A stretch of 64,000 nucleotides of DNA, taken from Octopus vulgaris (taxonomy: Eukaryota). Below are positions 41,946 through 55,111 of the stretch, in pieces. A model generated the notes under the pieces. It worked only from the letters and a program-made list of their open reading frames with translations, was not told the origin of the DNA and did not search any database. Every line of letters begins with the position of its first letter. Position 1 is the first letter of the stretch. The translations under genes and the position numbers were made by a program. The stretch covers positions 54,560,001 to 54,624,000 of the forward strand of contig OX597826.1 of NCBI GenBank assembly GCA_951406725.2, given 5' to 3'.

Positions 41946-42185
41946 TTGTATGTGTGTATGTGCATGTGTGTATATGTGTGTGTGTGTGTGTGTAATGTCT
42001 ATTTGTAAGTTTTCAGTTTTGTTTGTTTTCTCTATAATCTTTTTGTTTTTTCTTTCGTCATGCTTACATATTTCTTTCTATTTTTGTTTTCTCCTTAATA
42101 ATTCAAAAAACGGAATCCATCATGTTTCTCTCTGAACTATTTTACGTGCGTGTGATTGTGTGCACGTGCAGTGAGCTTTTGCATT

Positions 42186-42222
<37 letters not shown>

Positions 42223-42721
42223 GCGTACCTCTGTATACATTTATATATGAATGTGCGTTTCTCTACACGGCTGCGTGTGCGAAAGCATATATATTTTTGG
42301 TATATTTTATGCAGTACAGCAGAGCTCATTATTTTTTTGCATGTATAGTATAGTGTATATAGACTATGTATGAGTATGTCTGTTTGTATATATAAGATAT
42401 TAATAAAATGTATAATATGCATTACAAGGTGTTCATGTATAACATGCTAAATACTGTACGTATGTTTTCCTGTCCTTATTTCCTGACCTATATACATACA
42501 TTCATGCATACATACGTACATACACATACGCGCACGCGCATACATACACACGAAATGCACATACACGCACAGACACAAAATCACATACACACAGACATGC
42601 ACACACATACATATATATTTCAGTTGTACGTGTATTCTTAGTATATATTCCAACAGCTGAAACAACCTCAAAAGTTTTTTTCTTTTTCTTTCAGAGTTCC
42701 TCGTCGCTAATCATATCTATC

Positions 42722-42814
<93 letters not shown>

Positions 42815-42939
42815 CCGAATATATATATATATATATATATATAGACAATAATAATAAAGGGTAAAATTAATTAATTAATTTATAAGTAATAATCTTACCA
42901 GGTAGTTCGGTATGTTAAAAGAACCATTATCGGTAAATT

Positions 42940-43291
42940 TATACAAAAATTATTATAATCATAAACATAATTATGATCAGGGTTCAGTAAAAATTGCTTC
43001 ACCACATGCCGGAATTTAGAAATAGCAGTAAAATACTATTCCAGTACCATAAGATATCTCCCAGATAGCAATACTCTCAACTCACACAGGCAAAGAGGAA
43101 TAAATAACGAATCAAAGCCAGGTGGATTCGTTATTTTTTCCTCTTTGCCTGTGTGAGTTGAGATTATTGCTGTCTGGGAGATATCTTCTGGTACTGGAAT
43201 AGTATTTAACTGCTGTTTCTAAATTTCGGTATGTGGTGAAGCAAATTTGCTAAGCCTTAATCGTAATTATGTTTATAATTATAATAGCTTT

Positions 43292-43297
<6 letters not shown>
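42940..43297. repeat. Foldback: two ~174-bp inverted arms around an 11-nt loop
   Basis: 42940-43113 versus 43125-43297; about 20 differences by manual alignment. Confidence 0.9.
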
Positions 43298-43361
<64 letters not shown>

Positions 43362-43362
43362 T

Positions 43363-43469
<107 letters not shown>

Positions 43470-43736
43470 TTGATATTGATATGAACTCTTGCACTCTTCC
43501 ACACACACACGCATATGAATATATAGCATTTGCCTCTTGTCATCTCAAGTCACTATAGTACCGTTTCAAATATGCTGAACCAAAGATGTTTAGAACTATA
43601 GAGAAGTTTAATTATTTCTCTATTTCCAAACTTGAAGTCCTTGCCTGAGTATATTATGTAGTTTTTAGATTCTTTCATTTAAATTCCGAAGGAGTGTCTT
43701 GCTTGTTTTCTGTATTATAGTTATTCATTAAGGTAT

Positions 43737-44098
43737 CGTGGCACTCCGTCGATTACGACGACGAGGGTTCCAGTTGATCAGATCAACGGAACAGCCTGCT
43801 CGTGAAATTAACGTGCAAGTAGTTGAGCACACCACAGATACGTACACCCTTAACGTAGTTCTCAAGGAGATTCAGTGCAACACAGAGTGAGACAAGGCTG
43901 GCCCCTTGTATTACAGGTAAAACAGAAACAGGAAGAAAGAGTGAGATAAAGTTGTGGTAAAAGAATACTGCAGTGTTCGCCACCACTCACTGCTGGAGTC
44001 TCGTTCAATAGACACTCACAACGCGCGCTCTGGGAATCGAAACCGCGATCCTATGACAGCGAGCCCACTGCCCTAACCACTGGGTCATTGCGCCACCA
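43737..44098 (-). mobile_element. SINE family D, full length, 12-bp TSD
   Basis: TSD tcattaaggtat at 43725-43736 and 44099-44110; tRNA-like head. Confidence 0.88.
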
Positions 44099-44369
44099 TC
44101 ATTAAGGTATATTTAATACTTGTGCTTAGAAGGATAACCAATACCCTTGACTTTTGTAGGCCATTCTATAGCGGTGACGGTCTTACCATCAATGTTCCAG
44201 CTAATCTATTACAGATCAACACCCACGAGAAAGACATGAGTGCGGTGAAAATTCTAGAGAGCTTATGATCTGGAGAGGGAAAGAAAATGGGTTTCTTCTG
44301 GTTACTGCAGGGCAGGAGGGTTGTGGACGCAATAAAAATTATGAGAAATGAATCGACGGGTGGGTTGTA

Positions 44370-44623
44370 TTGGGCTGGTGCATAATTATTGCGGGTTTAA
44401 AAAAAAAAAAAACTTTATTCAACAAAAACAATAACAGCATTTAACAAAAACATCTTTAAACGACGGTCTGACCGTCTGCCAAGCAAATGGGAATCAGTAA
44501 TTGAAGTAGATGGTGAATATGGTCCGGAATAATCACTTAAAGATGTTTTTGCTACATGTTGTTATTGTTTTTGTTGAATTAAGTTTGTTGAGAAAAAGCC
44601 GCAATTATTATGCGCCAACCCAA
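44370..44623 (+). mobile_element. mariner-derived MITE
   Basis: TA|ttgggctggtgcataattattgcgg ... ccgcaattattatgcgccaacccaa with ~90-bp inverted ends; internal DRLPSKWESVIEVDGEY is a mariner C-terminus. Confidence 0.85.
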
Positions 44624-45317
44624 TGGTTTCCTAAACTTCTAGATTACGAGACTCGTCAGCTTCGAAAAAAAGAGGGCTTTATAGTAAAGACAGAAAAGAC
44701 AAAGAGAGGAGATACCGCCCTTATGGGGAAAGTATAATGTGTCGAATAGTCCTCATCTCGATACCACTGTAATATAATTGAATTCATCAAAACTTCTTCA
44801 CACATTGAATTATAAATATTAGTATCCACTTGACTCAATGTCTATTTTTTAATTTTGCAACAGGTGTCATTGTATTTTCACTTTGACGTTCTTTTAAGTT
44901 ACAATACCTTTTAGTGTTGATTTGCAGTATATCAATTTACTGGTAGTGTAAATGAGGTATGATAAGCCTGAAACATACCAAGCGTTGTCATCGGATTGCC
45001 AGAGATCAGACGCATGCCCAACTGCATCCTGTTCTTAATTAATTGCTCTTTAATTAAATTTCCTGTGTCTGCCTCAGAGAGTTTACTTAATCAGAGATAG
45101 ATATCACAATAAATCCTGCTTCTTCTGATTATGGGCATTTTAATTAATTAAAATTTCTTGGCTCACTACATGCATATTAGCAATTTCATGTAAATACACA
45201 GACATACACACACATATATACATACATACATACACTCATACATATACATATATAACACATATACATATACATACATGCACACATATACATATATATATAT
45301 ACATACATATATATATG

Positions 45318-45379
<62 letters not shown>

Positions 45380-45579
45380 TATATATAAGTATATATATAA
45401 GACACATACACCAGACGCACACATGAATTTATACATGTGTGTATGTGTACATTTATCTGAAATTAAATTTATCCATATAATTTTGATTAGATGTAGTCTC
45501 TATAATCCTTCAGCCTCTCTCACTAGTAAAATAACTCAATCAAGCAATCAAGTAATCAATCAATCAACCAGTCTATTTG

Positions 45580-45659
<80 letters not shown>

Positions 45660-45823
45660 ATTATCTATCTATATATATATATGTATATAAATATATACAT
45701 ACATATATATACACACATATATAAATACGCACATGTAAACACACTCAACAGACATATATATAAATATACGTGTGTGTGCGTATTGTATGCATCTATATAT
45801 TCATAAATATATGTGTATCTTTC

Positions 45824-45858
<35 letters not shown>

Positions 45859-45904
45859 TTCTGTCTGTCTGTCTCTGTCTCTCTCTCTCTGTATATATAT
45901 ATAT

Positions 45905-46110
45905 AATTAATCAAAAAACAGAGAAAAAAGGACAAGAAAAACAATAACGTGAGGACGTGGTATATGCAGCGTATGAAGACCCCGAGAGAAGGAAAGAAAT
46001 GATGTTTTATGCTTGGTGCAAAGTTCTTCTTCAGAAACAGGAGACAGAGGAAAGTCCAAAAGAAAAGGAAGACGGAGGAAAAGAATCGCTAACAGTCCAC
46101 AGAGTACCTA
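45905..46110 (-). mobile_element. PLE-type terminal segment with decayed hammerhead (46004-46038)
   Basis: Minus strand: gttt CTGAAGA agaac ttt gcac CAAG CATA aaac; adjacent to (TA)n. Confidence 0.45.
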
Positions 46111-46397
46111 ATTCGGGGAACTCTTTCTGACATCGGATTATATTACCTTATTCATTCGGAGTTCGCCATTTCTGCACCTTGAATATATATATATATATAT
46201 ATATATGAGAGGCTTTGGTATCCAGAAGATCCAAAAGGCAGGTATGGCTATGTAAGTGCTACGGAAGGAGCAGTGTTAGACTCCCGGTTCGATAATAGTA
46301 TGAGTGAAGTGTCTAACGCGGGTCGTGTGTGAGCGTGTATATAAGTTAAATAAAATTAGGCAACAAAGCCAAAGGACATTTTATAAAGAAAAGGTTA

Positions 46398-46445
46398 GTC
46401 TTACAGCTGTTTCAGGGATACAAAAGATATCCCATCATCAGAGAT
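46398..46445 (-). ncRNA. Minimal type I hammerhead ribozyme
   Basis: tct CTGATGA t gggata-tcttttg-tatccc t GAAA CAGCTG TA aga; palindromic ACAGCTGT. Confidence 0.75.
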
Positions 46446-46624
46446 GGTTTGAAAGAGTTAAATAGAAGGAAATAGTATAGTTCGGTATAAGAAGTTATTT
46501 TGGAGAAGGAGAGATATAGGAAGTAAAAAGGGAAATATGAGAATAAAAATGTATATGTTGGATGTTAAGGTTGCTGTTCCATTATCCGAGGAATGTGTTG
46601 TCTTCTATTTAACTTTCTCGTATC

Positions 46625-46672
46625 GTCTCTGATGATGGGATATCTTTTATATTCCCGAAACGGCTGTAAGAC
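46625..46672 (+). ncRNA. Minimal type I hammerhead ribozyme
   Basis: gtct CTGATGA t ggga...tccc GAAA CGGCTG TA agac; predicted cleavage after 46668. Confidence 0.75.
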
Positions 46673-46774
46673 TACCCTTCTTTTTATAAAATGTCCAAGA
46701 AATTTCACACTGCTTTGGCTTTGTTGCTTCATTTTATTTTTATCATTATATATATATGTATTTCTGTGTGTGTA

Positions 46775-46819
<45 letters not shown>

Positions 46820-46820
<1 letters not shown>

Positions 46821-47221
46821 CTCTTTTACTCTTTTACTTGTTTCAGTTATTTGACTGCGGCCATGCTGGAGCACCGCCTTTAATCGAGCAACTCGACCCC
46901 GGGACTTATTCTTTGTAAGCCCAGTACTTATTCTATCGGTCTCTTTTTTGCCGAACCGCTAAGTGACGGGGACGTAAACACACCAGCATCGGTTGTCAAG
47001 CAATGCTAGGGGAACAAACACAGACACACAAACAAACACATATATATATATACATATATACGACAGGCTTCTTTCAGTTTCCGTCTACCAAATCCACTCA
47101 CAAGGCATTGGTCGGCCCGGGGCTATAGCAGAAGACACTTGCCCAAGATGCCACGCAGTGGGACTAAACCCGGAACCATGTGGTTGGTTAGCAAGCTACT
47201 TACCACACAGCCACTCCTGCG

Positions 47222-47223
<2 letters not shown>
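46820..47223 (-). mobile_element. SINE family A, full length
   Basis: Closely matches 18890-19289 and 58621-59015. Confidence 0.88.
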
Positions 47224-47266
<43 letters not shown>

Positions 47267-47953
47267 ATGGTATATATGTATGTCTATATATAGTAACGCG
47301 ACAGACACGACTTATTGATTCATGTAAAACCGAGTTAAAAATAACAGAGAACATCGTACTACTTGTTATGCAAAAACGGCGAGGCCATATTGAATTGAAA
47401 TAACCATCTATTTATTATACGTACTTAATGGATATATATCATAGCCAGACAAGTTGCTGTAGTATTTTCCTTGAGATGACACCTCTCATGGACGTACTAT
47501 GTAAAAAGCAAAGTAAATAACAGGGGTAGACGAAAATTCGTCTCAGTAGTAACCACAAGAAATGTTATGCTATCCCAGGAAGACTACTTCACTAACTTAC
47601 CTATCATCAATGTGTATACATTAAGTGTGATACATAGATGACTGTTACCATATTTTATCTTTTAAATTTCACTTGCTTCAGTCATTAGTCCGCGGCCATG
47701 CTGGGGCAGCCGCAAATATTTATTTTTTAGAGTCTGGTACTTGTTCTATTTGCTGTTATTTGTTTATTTATTTAGTTAGTTCTGTGACTGTCTGCCGATC
47801 ACATGACTTGCAGCTGAAAGAATTTGTCATCCAAATCACAAGGAAAAGAACTTTGGTCAAACAAAAGTTAAGTCGGAATAACTTTTGTTCTTTTAATTCC
47901 GCTTTCTTACAAATATTGTGACTGAGAAGAGGCATTGCTTTTTTCTTCTCTGT

Positions 47954-47988
<35 letters not shown>

Positions 47989-47999
47989 TTTCAGCTTCT

Positions 48000-48031
48000 T
48001 TATCACCACCACTATTTCATTATCAACATCG

Positions 48032-48098
<67 letters not shown>

Positions 48099-48480
48099 TA
48101 TCATCATCATCATCATCATCGTCATCGTCGTCGTCGTCGTCATCATCATCATTATCCTCCTCCTCCTCCATGTTGCCACCATCATCATCATCGTTCACCA
48201 TCATCATCGTTCATCATCATCATCGTTCATCATCATCATCATCGTTCACCATCATCTACCACTACCACCACCACCACCACCACCACCACCACCACCACAG
48301 CCGTCTTTATTGTCGTCATCATCACCATCATCATCGCGATCGTCATCATGATCATCATTATGATCATCATCATCCACGTCATCATGATCGTCGTTATCAC
48401 CGTCGATGTCGTCGTCGTCGTCGTCGTCGTCACCCTCCTCCTCCTGTTCATCATCATCATCATTATCACCAGAACTATCA
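48000..48480. repeat. Compound (CAT/CAC/CGT)n array
   Basis: Seen directly. Confidence 0.9.
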
Positions 48481-48875
48481 CCGTCTTCTACCTATCCCTC
48501 ACCTCTCCCCTTTACCTCACAACTCATCCCCCTCACCTTGCTGATCTTCGTCTGTGGATTTCAGAACCATTTCCACCGTAAAAAGAAAAAAAAATCAAAA
48601 ACAACAAAACCCCCAAAAAATCAATGAAAACAAAACACCCCAGAAAGCCACGACTTTGACACAGACACGGCAAGAGTACGTGACACACTTTATAGCTACC
48701 ACAACCACCCATCACACCACCACCCATACCATTTTGGTAACATTATCAACACCACCATCACCATCAGCATCTACACCATTCTCACCACCCTCATGACTCA
48801 CCACCACCACCACCACCACCACCACTACCATCCAATTCACCAGCTAACCTTATATCGATTTGTTTACACGTATAC

Positions 48876-48910
<35 letters not shown>

Positions 48911-49240
48911 TCGCACATGCACGTAGGCACACGTATATTCCATAAAAAAAATCTCACGAAATGGTTATTTGCGACCTACAGACTTGTGGTTGTACCTTGA
49001 ATTGCAATCACCACTACTGGAAAACAGGAACAGAATATGTGTGCCAACGTGTATGCATTTGTATACATACATATAAACACATACATACGCACACACACAC
49101 GCACACACAAGCACACACACACATGTAAACACACACACATATATATGCAGTCATAATATATATATGTTTAAATAAATAAATATGTATATATTCATATATA
49201 TGTGTATATATATATAGTTTTATATACATATATATATTTG

Positions 49241-49286
<46 letters not shown>

Positions 49287-49454
49287 TATATAGATACATA
49301 TATATATGTACACACACACACATATATATATATATACATATATATACATATATATATATATACACACACACACACATATATATACATATATACATACATA
49401 CATGTATGTATGTATATAAATATCATACATACATAGATTGCTGGCATTTGGAAT

Positions 49455-49635
49455 TGAATTAAAAGTTCACCTGCACTCTAAGTTACGGGAGAGGGGAGAC
49501 AGTGCATGATAGATGTTCCAAGAGAGAGACAGTTTGGGAAAAAGGTCTCCGTATCATAGAATGAATGTTTAAAAGAACGGATGCGAAGTAAATCATATTT
49601 TGGAACGGATATCAGCTAGATTGTCCCTTTGTTGT
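49455..49635 (+). repeat. Unclassified dispersed repeat (second copy 55195-55410)
   Basis: ctgcactctaag...tctccgtat.atag...aaaagaacgga...aaatcatattttg...cggatatcag.tagattgt.cctttgtt is shared. Confidence 0.7.
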
Positions 49636-49653
49636 GTCGTGTGGATCTTCATC

Positions 49654-49739
49654 TATGTATGTATGTATGTATACATGTAGGTATGTATGTATGTATGTAT
49701 GTATGTATGTATGTATGTATGTATGTATGTATGTATGTA

Positions 49740-49774
<35 letters not shown>

Positions 49775-49981
49775 ATGTATGTATGTATGTATGTGTGTAT
49801 GTATGTATGTATGTATGTATGTATGTATGTATGTATGTATGTATGTATGTATGTATGTATGTATGTATGTATGTATGTATGTGTATGTATGTATGTTTGT
49901 ATGTATGTATGTATGTATGTATGTATGTATGTACGTACGTATGTATGTATGTATGTATATATGTATATATGTATGTATATG

Positions 49982-50013
<32 letters not shown>

Positions 50014-50027
50014 TGTATGTATGTATG
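49654..50027. repeat. (TATG)n array
   Basis: Seen directly. Confidence 0.95.
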
Positions 50028-50402
50028 TCCTTATTCAGTTTTATTTCAAGAGTTCTTACCAATAGAGAAAGAGCCGGTTTTTAACCTAGATCCAACATTA
50101 ACAGGGTATTTTTGTATGTATGTATAATTGTAGATTTGTATGTTTTCTTCTATGTATGTCTCCTCATGCATGTACTTGCATATCTAGACATGCTCATATA
50201 TACTTAAATGAATGATAAATTTCTGGAAAGTTTTATAGATTTTTACAGTTCCAGTGATGGATTAGATCTCGTCTTTAAATCAGCTTTCTCCTTTCTGGTT
50301 TTGAGAAGCCTAATTTCTCAAGATTGGCATTTCGGTAGTGTGTTACATATCCCAGTGCTCCAATAATTACAGGTATAAACCTGAACCTCTAATCCGGATA
50401 GT
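50028..50402 (-). mobile_element. 3' end of an R4/Dong-like REL retrotransposon
   Basis: Minus strand reads YPD*RFRFIPVIIGALGYVT...LEKLGFSK...SITGTVKIYKTFQKF, homologous to 40806-41024. The 3' UTR runs into (CATA)n. A short piece also occurs at 59021-59066. Confidence 0.8.
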
Positions 50403-50940
50403 ATAATGTAAATATGCATGTATGTAAGTGCGTGTGAACATCATCGTGGTCAAGTGAATTGAAGACCATGAGGTTCCGGGTTCGAACGTACACTGTGGCA
50501 TGCTAGCCGTCTGCATTTACGAGAGGTTTGGGTCGTTCGAAACTTGCCAAAACAAGAATTGTGTAGACGTGCGCTGTATAGAATAATATAATACATATAA
50601 TACTTAAAGAACAGCCTTGTCATATCGTGTCACGCTCAAAATTACGTTGAAAGTACACGTATCTCTGGAATACTCAACCACTTCGACGTTAATAATTCGA
50701 GGAGGTCGTTGAGCTGATCGAAAAACGGCGTATTTTAAAGCGTAGTCTACTATATTCTACGCGCGTGTGCAACCGGATGTCTACACTACAAAACTACAAA
50801 ACTATCATTACTTCGCCAAGACGTGAATTGTGTAGATGTGCGCTGCATGGAATGTACATGTAATGCTTGAAGAACAGCCTTGTCATATTGTGTTACGCTG
50901 ACAAGTACTTCGAAAATTTTCGTTTGTATACCGATGAGAA

Positions 50941-51448
50941 CTGTAAATCCTCGTGTATAGTCCGCCCTTGAGTATAATACGCAGGTGATTTTTAGGGGGA
51001 TGTACTTCTGAAAAACCTAAACCTTGTGTTTAATACGCACCCCTTCTCTAACTTGAGTCAAGGAGGTCTATATAACGTCCTTGGTTTGTAAAAATGTATA
51101 CGGTAATGTCCTTTATTATTTTTGTATATTTAACACAATGCAAACGTGTAGCTTTTTTGTGCATTTTGTTTGCAGAAAATAAAGAAATAACAGTAATAAC
51201 AGTAATAACGTTTAATAAATGCTGCTTACTGCAAGTTATGGATGATTCTTTTATGACTTCATTGCTTTCAGGCTTAACTTAAGGTATTTTCGCGTCCGAC
51301 ATCACATGATGCGTCTGAATAAACATTGCCGGACAGCAAATAGAGACTCGGACATTGCTTAGAAAATAATTTTCTTTTTTAACCTCGTATATAGTACGCA
51401 CTAGGGATTTTGACCTTTAATTTTTGGGAAAAAAATGCGGATTTACGG
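50941..51448. mobile_element. Tc1/mariner-superfamily (pogo/Tigger-like) MITE
   Basis: ctgtaaatcc... / ...ggatttacgg|TA termini; internal repeats of the gtatagtccgc / gtataatacgc type. Confidence 0.65.
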
Positions 51449-51459
51449 TACTGTATATA

Positions 51460-52396
51460 TCTCAATACAACTTGTTGCATGGTCGAGCCATAGGTGACTA
51501 AATCGGTGTCTGATTGGTAACGGTTTTCGCTGGACAGCTTACCGGGCGAAAGTCAAAACCTGGCAAAAATCGGATGAATTCAGTAGGGCCAATGAACATC
51601 CAATTGCTGTGAGGGAGAGACAATCTTTATTTAAACACCTTTGTGGGGGAAGGAAATCTTTCTTGTAACACTTGAGACTTCGTTTGCATCAAATGATGTA
51701 CATTAGTTCTTCATTACGGGCAAATGTATACGTTGATTAGACAGTAGGGATGGCTTTGTGCAAAATCTTTCTTCATTTTAAAAACTTCAGGCTCAGGCAT
51801 CGCTTGATTTTTAACGCTCCTATTTTGCTTGATTCTTAACGCTCCTATATTCCACCTGACCAAATGTAAAACACTCAATGAAACTTCCAACGATGGATTA
51901 GCGAATTAACGGCATGTATCATAAAGAGTGGCAACTCTCTTAACATCTGTTGCTAGCTGATCCCATCGTTGCTATACCTTTGCAAAAGAATGTGGGTCAC
52001 TAGCAGAACTAAAAAAACCGCATTCTTGCCGTCATAGTTAAGAGAAATCTGAAGCGGCGTTATTAATCAAAATTCGAGTTGTAGACATCATGTGCGTATG
52101 TATGTACACACGCGCGCGTACACACACACATTAACGACAAAGAGAACATTAATACTGTGTGGTAATATTTATTCGCACTTAAACGTGGGCATTCTGTTAG
52201 AACAGAGTTAACTGTGCTAAATTGAATGCCTCACCCTCCCGGCTATTGGATGCTCCTTAGGTTTACTAAATTGATCCGTCTTTTAGCAGGTTTTTGACTT
52301 TCGTCCTATAAGCTATCCATCGAAAGCGACTCTCGTTACCAAACAGACACCGATTTAAACACCTAAGGCTCGAACATGCGACAAGTTGTATTGGGT
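51460..52396. mobile_element. Non-autonomous DNA element with ~165-bp TIRs
   Basis: ctcaatacaacttgttgcatggtcgagcc... (51461) is inverted at ...ggctcgaacatgcgacaagttgtattggg (52395); possible TA TSD. Confidence 0.75.
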
Positions 52397-52410
52397 TACA
52401 TACACTACTC

Positions 52411-54226
52411 ATCGGTCCTGTAGCGCCATTGTAATTATTTAGAAAAACAAAGCAATGACGAGGGAAATAAACTTATGACTGATTGTAAGATCAAATGTTG
52501 CTATTTCGTTCATAATTAGTTTATCGCAAATAAAGATCAGGGCAGTGACACTGAACTATACAAATAAATCTGGAACTTGAAAGATATCAGTATTATATGT
52601 AGTATCAAATATACGATGAAGAGTTTTCGTTTATATACCGCGAAGTAATGATAGTTTTATAATGTCAATATTCGGTTGCACATGCGCGTAGAATATGGTG
52701 TAAAATAAATCCAGTGTGAGAGCAATTATCTCCTTACCGTTAGATATTTGGGTTTCATTGTTTCTATCTGTATGTACCTGCTTCCGTTTACTCACTTATT
52801 CTGCCTCAATCTGTTGATTTTGTTTCTCTTGAAAGAATTTTCAGTTATGTCAGCAATAACTGGTAGTTTGAATTTGACGTTTAAATAATCATTTATATTC
52901 TTTGGTATAATTTAATAATACCAAATTAATTTCCAAATTGCATAAGTTGTAAGTCCTTCATCGTATATTTCATACTGCATATAATACTGCTATCTTTCAA
53001 GTTCCAGATGTATTTGTATAGTTCAGTGTCACTGACTGGTAGTTTGAATTTGACGTTTAAACAATCATTTATATTTTTTGGTATAATTTAATAATACCAA
53101 ATTAATTTCCAAATTGCATAAGTTGCAAGTTCTTCATCGTATATTTCATACTGCATATAATACTGCTATCTTTCAAGTTCCAGATGTATTTGTATAGTTC
53201 AGTGTCACTGACTGGTAGTTTGAATTTGACGTTTAAATAATCATTTTATATTTTTTGGTATAATTTAATAATACCAAATTAATTTCCAAATTGCATAAGT
53301 TGCAAGTTCTTCATCGTATATTTCATACTGCATATAATACTGCTATCTTTCAAGTTCCAGATGTATTTGTATAGTTCAGTGTCACTGACTGGTAGTTTGA
53401 ATTTGACGTTTAAATAATCATTTTATATTTTTTGGTATAATTTAATAATACCAAATTAATTTCCAAATTGCATAAGTTGCAAGTTCTTCATCGTATATTT
53501 CATATTGCATATAATACTGCTATCTTTCAAGTTCCAGATGTATTTGTATAGTTCAGTGTCACTGACTGGTAGTTTGAATTTGACGTTTAAATAATCATTT
53601 ATATTCTTTGGTATAATTTAATAATACTAAATTAATTTCCAAATTGCATAAGTTGCAAGTTCTTCATCGTATATTTCATACTGCATATAATACTGCTATC
53701 TTTCAAGTTCCAGATGTATTTGTATAGTTCAGTGTCACTGACTGGTAGTTTGAATTTGACGTTTAAATAATCATTTTATATTCTTTGGTATAATTTAATA
53801 ATACCAAATTAATTTCCAAATTGCATAAGTTGCAAGTTCTTCATCGTATATTTCATACTGCATATAATACTGCTATCTTTCAAGTTCCAGATGTATTTGT
53901 ATAGTTCAGTGTCACTGACTGGTAGTTTGAATTTGAAGTTTAAATAATAATTTTATATTTTTTGGTATAATTTAATAATACCAAATTAATTTCCAAATTG
54001 CATAAGTTGCAAGTTATTTATCGTATATTTCATATTGCATATAATACTGCTATCTTTCAAGTTCCGGATGTATTTGTATAGTTAAGTGTCACTGACCTGA
54101 TCTTTATTTACGAAGAACTAATTATGAACGAAATAGTTACATTTGCTCTTACAGTCAGTCATAAGTATATTTTCCTCATCATTCCTTTGTTTTTCTAAAT
54201 AATTACAACGGCGCTACAGGACCGAT
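52411..54226. mobile_element. Non-autonomous element with ~210-bp TIRs carrying an internal satellite
   Basis: atcggtcctgtagcgcc... / ...ggcgctacaggaccgat; arms 52411-52623 and ~54015-54226. Confidence 0.85.
52859..54094. repeat. Tandem satellite, 7 x 176-177 bp
   Basis: Units start at 52859, 53035, 53211, 53388, 53565, 53741 and 53918; nearly identical. Confidence 0.97.
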
Positions 54227-54750
54227 TGCGACTATTACATGAATCTTTGTTACTATAGGAACAATAAAAATCTTAGACATGTTGGATTTTGTTTATAATA
54301 TATCTTTCATGTGTGCTGTAAACTAAAACTTAACAAATTATTTCTATTAAATAATTCTTTGTAACTGATTGCACACAATTTTTTTTTTTACAAAATCAGC
54401 GTTTAGCTCTGATAGATTTTACAACTATTAACAAAAGACGTTGAACCACGTGATATTCCGACATCGTTATAGTTTTCTGTCAGACGGTGGTAAGGGATAA
54501 TGCGGTGTAATTGATCTTATATTTCTTGTGTTGTTGTTCGTGTATGTTGAATTGTAAATCATTTAAATATAACTATCACGGAATCATCGCTTCTTGCTTA
54601 TTGATTTGTGATTGTACGGTTCCGTATCACACAGTTTATCTAAGAGAAGCTATGTTCGAAAAACGTTTTAATATATATAGATATATATACATAGGTACGT
54701 GCATACATGGACACATACACACGTGCAGAAACACACACACACACTTGCGA

Positions 54751-54840
<90 letters not shown>

Positions 54841-55057
54841 ATATATATATATATATACATGCATACATATACATACAAATATATATATATATGTATATAT
54901 GTTTATATATGTATGTATATGTATGTATACTTAAATATCTATATGCCTATATAAGAAAGTACACTTTCATACACAATCACTCACATACGTATATGTATTT
55001 CTATGTTTATACGTTTAACTTTATATGTATAAATGTGTGTGTATATATATGTACATA

Positions 55058-55111
<54 letters not shown>

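Larger units (their letters stand above)
46349..46738. mobile_element. ~390-bp PLE-like inverted-repeat element
   Basis: Arms 46349-46468 and 46602-46738; TA-rich flanks. Confidence 0.8.

Noticed and set aside
52859-54094. CRISPR-like array
   Set aside because: Units are fully repeated with no unique spacers; eukaryotic context and no cas genes.
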